Assembly: GCA_963739455.1 (NCBI GenBank)
Contig: CAVUAK010000001.1
Span: 416,001-480,000 of the forward strand
Direction: 5' to 3'
Length of the DNA: 64,000 nt
Source of the DNA: an uncultured Gemmatimonadales bacterium
Lineage (GTDB): Bacteria; Gemmatimonadota; Gemmatimonadetes; Gemmatimonadales; GWC2-71-9
Positions 57,962 to 64,000 of the stretch are shown one piece after another. The position numbers and the translations under genes were made by a program. The notes beneath the pieces are model-generated. The model ran no database searches, had not been told where the DNA came from, and saw only the letters and a list, made by a program, of their open reading frames with translations. Every line of letters begins with the position of its first letter. Position 1 is the stretch's first letter.

Positions 57962-58498
57962 CTAGCGCGTCAGCAGTTGCCGGCGAAGGCTTGCCATGCG
58001 ACGCCGAAGCGAGCCGTCGAAAATCCGGTCTCCCACCTTGACGATCGTGCCACCCAGCAGCGACGGATCCACGTAGAACGTCGGGAATACTTCCTTCCCG
58101 AACGCGCGGGAGAGCTCCGTCCGAATCGATTCCTTCAGCGCCGCGTTGGGTTCGCGCGCCAGTGACACCACAGCGCGAAGCCGGTTGAACTTCGTGTCCA
58201 CCAGCGCACCGTACTCCCGCGCGATGTCGGCGAAATACAGCTGACGACCCCGCTTCACCACCGCCTGGATGAAGCGCACAAACTCCGCCGGCGCCGCCCG
58301 CAGCGCCTGCCCCACCAGCTCGACCTTCCGGGCCTTGGGCACGCGCGGCGACATCAGCACCGCCTCGACTTCAGGCGACGAAACGATGGCCGCGGCCACC
58401 GCCTCGAGCAGCCCGGCATACTCCTCGGCACGACCGGTCGACTCCGAGAGCTCGAACAGCGCTTCGGCGTAGTTCCGGGCGATTGCGGGATTCCTCAA
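57962..58498 (-). CDS. atpH: ATP synthase delta subunit
   Basis: IARNYAEALF and VDPSLLGG..VKVGD..FDGSLR motifs. Confidence 0.93.
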   Translation of the reverse strand: MRNPAIARNYAEALFELSESTGRAEEYAGLLEAVAAAIVSSPEVEAVLMSPRVPKARKVELVGQALRAAPAEFVRFIQAVVKRGRQLYFADIAREYGALVDTKFNRLRAVVSLAREPNAALKESIRTELSRAFGKEVFPTFYVDPSLLGGTIVKVGDRIFDGSLRRRMASLRRQLLTR

Positions 58499-59046
58499 TG
58501 CTTCTCTCCCAGCGTGGCCAGGTAGCTCGTGACGAGCTTCCGGTCGGCATCCGCATCGAGCTTCTCACCGACCAGCTTTGATGCCGCGGCCAGGGAGAGA
58601 TCGACAGCCTCACGCCGGAGTTCGCCGATTGCACGATCGCGCTCGGCGGTGATCTCCCGGCGCGCACGCGCCAGCAGGTCATCCTGCTCCGCCTTGGTGC
58701 GCTCGACAGCCGCGGTCCGTTCCCGCTCGGACTGGACCTTGGCTTCGGCCAGGATCGCCTGGGCCTGTGTGCGCGCCTCGGCAAGCGCCTTCCGGTTCTG
58801 CTCCATCAGCTGCTTCGCCTCTTCCTGCAGGCGCGCCGTGTCGGCGATCTGTGCCTCGAGGCGCTTCTCGCGTGCCTCGACGGCCCCGATGATCTGGGGC
58901 CAGGCGAACTTCTTGAGCAACAGCATCAGGCCGATGAAGACGAACCAGGTCCAGAAGAACAGGCCGAAGTTCACCTCGAACGGGCTCACCGGCGCCCCGG
59001 CCGGCGTCTCCGATGTCCGCAGCAGTGCCAGCAGTGGCTGCACCAT
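58495..59046 (-). CDS. atpF: ATP synthase b subunit
   Basis: GLFFWT..F..L..LLKKFAW followed by a coiled coil. Confidence 0.92.
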   Translation of the reverse strand: MVQPLLALLRTSETPAGAPVSPFEVNFGLFFWTWFVFIGLMLLLKKFAWPQIIGAVEAREKRLEAQIADTARLQEEAKQLMEQNRKALAEARTQAQAILAEAKVQSERERTAAVERTKAEQDDLLARARREITAERDRAIGELRREAVDLSLAAASKLVGEKLDADADRKLVTSYLATLGEKH

Positions 59047-59050
59047 GGGT

Positions 59051-59329
59051 CTAGATGAGCTTGAAGAGGAGCGCGAACACGAGCGCGATGATCGTGGCGC
59101 CTTCGAGCAGCACGGCGAACAGCAGCGCCGCGCCACGGATCTCGCCCGCGGCCTCAGGCTGGCGCGCGATGCCCTCTGCCACCGAGCCACCGATGCGACC
59201 CAGGCCGATGCCCGCGCCGAGGATGGCGAGGCCCATGCCGATACCGGCACCAAGCAGTGCGTTTGTGCTCTTGGCGGCTTCAACGCCGGCGGTGGCCGCT
59301 TCCTGGAGCAGGGCAAGCATGTTCAACAT
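59051..59329 (-). CDS. atpE: ATP synthase c subunit (H+-type)
   Basis: GAGIGLG, ARQPEA and LLEGA motifs; no Na+-binding Q/ES(T) signature. Confidence 0.95.
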   Translation of the reverse strand: MLNMLALLQEAATAGVEAAKSTNALLGAGIGMGLAILGAGIGLGRIGGSVAEGIARQPEAAGEIRGAALLFAVLLEGATIIALVFALLFKLI

Positions 59330-59413
59330 GTCGTTACGTCCCTTTGGTCACTGGAGATGAGTTGCCTGTTTCGCTGCCGGTCTGAACGTCGCGTCTCCTG
59401 CGCGCCGCCTCGC

Positions 59414-59503
59414 CGTAACCGCGAATGCCCCTGGGCTCGCGGAATTCGCTGGGACATTCGCCCAGCTACGATGATCGGACTGCGTCAGCGTCCACGCCCG
59501 ATC
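59414..59503 (-). ncRNA. Candidate structured cis-RNA between atpB and atpE
   Basis: Two stems whose G-U pairs work only on the mRNA strand. Confidence 0.45.
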
Positions 59504-59509
59504 GCTCCA

Positions 59510-59536
59510 CTTCACGTCCTCACGTCCTCACGTCCT
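59510..59536. repeat. 3x 8-bp repeat CYTCACGT
   Basis: Read directly; abuts the atpB stop codon. Confidence 0.85.
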
Positions 59537-60413
59537 AGTGGTGCTCCTCCTGCAGGAGACCGATGAACACGGCGCTTAGCAGCGCAAAGACATACGCCTG
59601 CAGGAATGCCACAAACAATTCCAGCAGCATGATCGCCGTCACCAATGCCGCCGTGATCAGGCCGACCCCCACGTTGAGCCCCTTGACCGCGCCGAAGATG
59701 AAGATGATCCCGAACAGCGACAGGATCACGAAGTGGCCCGCGATCATGTTGCCGAAGAGACGAACGGCCAGTGCAAACGGCTTGACCAGCTTCCCGATGA
59801 TCTCGATCGGGGCCATGCCGATCGACATGGCAAGCGCGCCGGCCGGGGGCAGCCCGTCGACGGGCGGAAAGATCGTGTGCAGGTATCCCTTCCAGCCCAG
59901 CTTCAGCATGCCACCGATTTCGATGGTCAGGAATACCAGGAACGCGAGGGCGCCGGTAACGGCCAGGTTGCTGGTGGGCGCCGCCCCGCCTGGAAGCATT
60001 CCGAGCAGGTTGCAGAAGAGCACGAAGAAGAACAGCGACACGATGAGCGGAGCGAAGCGCTCACCATGCGGAATGTTGGGCAGCGCCACTTCGTTGCGCA
60101 CCCAGAGCACGGCAGCTTCCACCGCGCCACTGAAACCGCGTGGGTGCTGGCCGGTGTTCCGCTGCTTCTGCAGCTGGCGTCCGGCGATCCACATCATCAG
60201 GAATACCAGCGTCGCCGCCAGCAGCATGAAGTAGACGTGCTTTGTGGGCGAGAGATTGAGCGTCAGCGACCCGATGTGAATGTCGGGGAAGCGATGCAGC
60301 TGGATATCGTAGCGCCACCAGCCCAGGTCAATGGGAATGGTCCAGGCATCGGCGGTGTGGTGCAGGACCATCTCGCCAATGTTGATGCCAGGCTCTTGCG
60401 ACGGATCGATCAT
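59535..60413 (-). CDS. atpB: ATP synthase a subunit
   Basis: NLLGMLP, KPFALAVRLFGNMIAGH and LQAYVF motifs. Confidence 0.95.
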   Translation of the reverse strand: MIDPSQEPGINIGEMVLHHTADAWTIPIDLGWWRYDIQLHRFPDIHIGSLTLNLSPTKHVYFMLLAATLVFLMMWIAGRQLQKQRNTGQHPRGFSGAVEAAVLWVRNEVALPNIPHGERFAPLIVSLFFFVLFCNLLGMLPGGAAPTSNLAVTGALAFLVFLTIEIGGMLKLGWKGYLHTIFPPVDGLPPAGALAMSIGMAPIEIIGKLVKPFALAVRLFGNMIAGHFVILSLFGIIFIFGAVKGLNVGVGLITAALVTAIMLLELFVAFLQAYVFALLSAVFIGLLQEEHH

Positions 60414-60748
60414 CGTGCGCTGCGCAGCTCCAGTACGAGCAGGGGCATGAGCACCCCCAGGTATCCAAGCGCCGCGGGCAGCGGCGGGAACATTTGTCGA
60501 TTTAGCACCACGGCCACCCCCAGGACGATCACGCCCCCGAACCTGAGCGCGACACCCCACAACCATCCCGCAGGAAAAGCAGAGCGCGGTGCGGTCGGTC
60601 CTCGCGCGAACCAACGGGCGGCCGCCTGGATGCCAAGGGCCAGCAGGCCGAACGCTGCGGCAACAAGTGCACCCTGTCTGCCGAAGACCAGTGCTGCGAG
60701 CCCAGCCACCAGTGCAATCAGCACGGCGCCTGCCTTGAGCAGGCTCAC
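60410..60748 (-). CDS. atpI: ATP synthase protein I-like membrane protein
   Basis: Four TMs; position directly before atpB. Confidence 0.6.
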   Translation of the reverse strand: MSLLKAGAVLIALVAGLAALVFGRQGALVAAAFGLLALGIQAAARWFARGPTAPRSAFPAGWLWGVALRFGGVIVLGVAVVLNRQMFPPLPAALGYLGVLMPLLVLELRSAR

Positions 60749-60982
60749 TCGCCCTTCCCGCCCCGCTTTGTCTCCCCGATCACCTTGCGATAGACCGAGT
60801 AGAAACTCAGTCCCGCCGCCGACCAGGAGACCGGCGATCGTCAGGACAGGCAGGATCCGGAGCCACTTGTCCAGCAGGAAGCCCATGCCGGCGAAGAACA
60901 GCGTTCCGCCCGCGAACTGCATTCCCAGCGAGGCATACCGGTATGCCTCCCGGTTCTCCCCTTCACGCCCCGGTTGTGGCAT
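60745..60982 (-). CDS. AtpZ/AtpI family protein; frameshift at about 60810
   Basis: LGMQFA...GFLLDKWL..LP.LTI.G; ends SFYSVYRKV..E-stop in another frame. Confidence 0.75.
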
Positions 60983-61089
60983 AGCCGGACGATTTTAGCC
61001 GCTTGTGAAAAAAGGCGCAAGCGCCTGAGCCATGCTACTTTGGGGGACAGCGAACGTAACTTCCAGCCTCACTTGACCGTCGGGAACCG

Positions 61090-62109
<1,020 letters not shown>

Positions 62110-62128
62110 GCGCGATGGTTGCCGCGCG

Positions 62129-62164
62129 AAAAACGCCCGGGCAGGTGCCCGGGCGTTCTGTTTT
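62129..62164. terminator. Bidirectional intrinsic terminator
   Basis: A5, AACGCCCGGGCA/TGCCCGGGCGTT stem, CTGTTTT; lies between convergent genes. Confidence 0.8.
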
Positions 62165-62181
62165 CGGCGCCAACAGCTGGA

Positions 62182-63270
62182 CTAGAGCAGGTTGTCCAGC
62201 GGGTCGAGAAGGTCCTCGAACAGGTCCAGTCCCTTGAGTACGGCGCCCCAGATCGCGGCGAGCGCTGCGTACTCCGGCGCGGTGAGCGCCGAGCCGTCGG
62301 GCTTGGTGATGGTGGCGACGTCACTGTTGTCATTGAGCGTTACGACGGCGAAGTCATCGCCATTGACGGTGGCGGTGAGCTCACCCACACCCTCCGTCAG
62401 GAGCCCGTCGATCCCGACATTGCCATGTGGACCGGTGAGCTTCACGTCGATATCGGCAAGCGCGGCTGCGGTGGAGACCTGTGTAATGCCGATGACGTAC
62501 TTGAGCGCGACATCGTGGGAAGGCGCATCAAGGCTGTAGTCAAACCCGATCGTCCCGTTCGCGACGTCCGAGTAGCTGTTCTTGAGGTTGAAGTTCACCT
62601 TGGTCGTGCCGTTCGTGACGAAGCCATCCACGACGGCCAGGCCGGTGGTCTCCGTAGCCGACCCCGATACGCCGTAGTCGACGTAGGTCACGCCGTCCGA
62701 CACGAGCTGCAACCGCACTGCATTGGTGTTCGTCGTGCTCTGGTCCAGCAGGTCCGCATAGCCGGCCTCCTGCAGCGGCTCGACCGGAACCCGCGTGATC
62801 GGGTTGACGGCATAGACGATGAAGCGCACGCCGTTCGCCGGCGCGCCGGTCCGCTCGCTCACCACGTAGGCATCAGTCTCCGTGCTGTACTCGAACGTCT
62901 TTCCCAGCACTTGGGCGGGAATGACGGCAAGCGCGACATGGCGCGCGATCCCGCCGTTGAAGCCCTCGACCGACCGCGCGATGCGCTGCGCCGACGCCGT
63001 CAGGCCAGTGGGATGTGATCCCAGCTTGATGGCGTTGATCGAGCTGCTCACCATCGGCGCACCGAAGACGGCGTCGATGCCACCGGCCGCCCAGGTCAGG
63101 CTCGCCATGGCGGGCGAATCGAAACTGGCGCCGACGGCGTTCATGTCCGCGCTGGTGCCTTCGGCGCTGAATGGTTCGCCGGAATTGTCGTCACCGCACG
63201 CAGCCAGTACGAGGGCGCATCCGGCGGCAATCCAGAGTCGGCGAAGCGGGTCGGGACGGAGTATGGACAT
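62182..63270 (-). CDS. Hypothetical lipoprotein
   Basis: GGAGG RBS; LAAC lipobox; beta-rich sequence. Confidence 0.8.
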   Translation of the reverse strand: MSILRPDPLRRLWIAAGCALVLAACGDDNSGEPFSAEGTSADMNAVGASFDSPAMASLTWAAGGIDAVFGAPMVSSSINAIKLGSHPTGLTASAQRIARSVEGFNGGIARHVALAVIPAQVLGKTFEYSTETDAYVVSERTGAPANGVRFIVYAVNPITRVPVEPLQEAGYADLLDQSTTNTNAVRLQLVSDGVTYVDYGVSGSATETTGLAVVDGFVTNGTTKVNFNLKNSYSDVANGTIGFDYSLDAPSHDVALKYVIGITQVSTAAALADIDVKLTGPHGNVGIDGLLTEGVGELTATVNGDDFAVVTLNDNSDVATITKPDGSALTAPEYAALAAIWGAVLKGLDLFEDLLDPLDNLL

Positions 63271-63510
63271 CTGCACCTCCAATAGGGACACATTCGTGCT
63301 GCAACGCCTTGCGGCGAGCAAAGTACAGCGCGCTATAAGTCTTTGTTTTGCTTATACTTAGACAACAGGTCAAGTTCGGTGATTCGAGCCCAGAACCGCT
63401 GGCAGGGGCAACGGATATGCCACCACGAAAGGCATTGTGACGGGGGTCCTGTTTGACGCTCGGTTGATCCCGCGGCATATCATGACCAACGACTCTTCCC
63501 TGACTTCGGC

Positions 63511-64000
63511 ATGCCCACACACTATCAGCTCCACTGCCTCGGAGAACCCGGCCTCTACACGCTGGGTGGCCGCCCGATCAAGCTGCGCACGCGCAAGCAA
63601 CTGGCGTTGCTCTGCTACCTGGCCATGGAGCCGCGTCCTCACACGCGCGATGCCCTGGCCGAGTTGCTGTGGCCGAAGGCGCCCCAGGGCGAGGCACGTC
63701 ATTCCCTCGCGACCGCGATGTCCGGACTCCGCGGCAAGCTCGGCAAGGAGATCTTCGAGTGCACCGTCGACCGGATCCGGCTCCGCCCCGGCGCGGTGAT
63801 ACTCGACGTCGACCGCCTGCTCAAGGGCGAGGTCCTGGGCACCGAGTTCGTTGAGCCGCTCGACGTCGACGGATTCCTGCAGGCCTGGGAAGTGCCCGAT
63901 GCGCTGCCCTTCGCGCACTGGCGCGACGCCGAGCATGCCCGTCTCCTCCCCAACGTGCGCGACGCCCTCGTCATCCTCATCGACCACTGCCGTCGCACCG
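63511..64000 (+). CDS. Third SARP/BTAD-type regulator, N-terminal part (runs off the window; absent from the ORF track)
   Basis: Manual translation MPTHYQLHCLGEP...KQLALLCYLAMEPRPHTRDALAELLWP...ARHSLATA..F.HWRD, open to the window end. Confidence 0.8.
   Translation, partial: MPTHYQLHCLGEPGLYTLGGRPIKLRTRKQLALLCYLAMEPRPHTRDALAELLWPKAPQGEARHSLATAMSGLRGKLGKEIFECTVDRIRLRPGAVILDVDRLLKGEVLGTEFVEPLDVDGFLQAWEVPDALPFAHWRDAEHARLLPNVRDALVILIDHCRRT

Noticed and set aside
60410..60982. AtpZ-AtpI fusion
   Set aside because: A single indel near 60810 restores a normal AtpZ end overlapping the atpI GTG start

Overview
A GC-rich bacterial chromosomal segment, mostly housekeeping. The gene repertoire looks like Gemmatimonadota, which is an inference. 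It contains moeA, a yybP-ykoY (Mn2+) riboswitch ahead of htpX-terC, and a lysine/DAP operon (M20 deacylase, asd, lysC, dapB, dapA, dapD). Also present are ETF-QO, etfBA, nadBAC, an acyl/glutaryl-CoA dehydrogenase, an isocitrate-DH family gene, cstA-ybdD, lrp-eamA, the atpZIBEFH half of the ATP synthase operon and a MoxR ATPase. I found no rRNA, tRNA, CRISPR array or transposase. About 12 single-base frameshifts in conserved genes suggest uncorrected sequencing indels rather than real pseudogenes. The most interesting items are: (1) two membrane-anchored SARP/BTAD-TPR regulators, with a shared 11-bp-phased GTGA promoter box in front of two nearby small exported-protein genes; (2) an ECF sigma flanked by a sensor-less mini anti-sigma and an anti-sigma carrying duplicated CC-x-DLDGxGxADDG motifs, upstream of a TonB receptor; (3) an RMF-like small protein; (4) a structured RNA candidate between atpB and atpE; (5) an M1 peptidase fused to an Omp85-like barrel; (6) families of dispersed 7-9-bp tandem repeats at gene boundaries.
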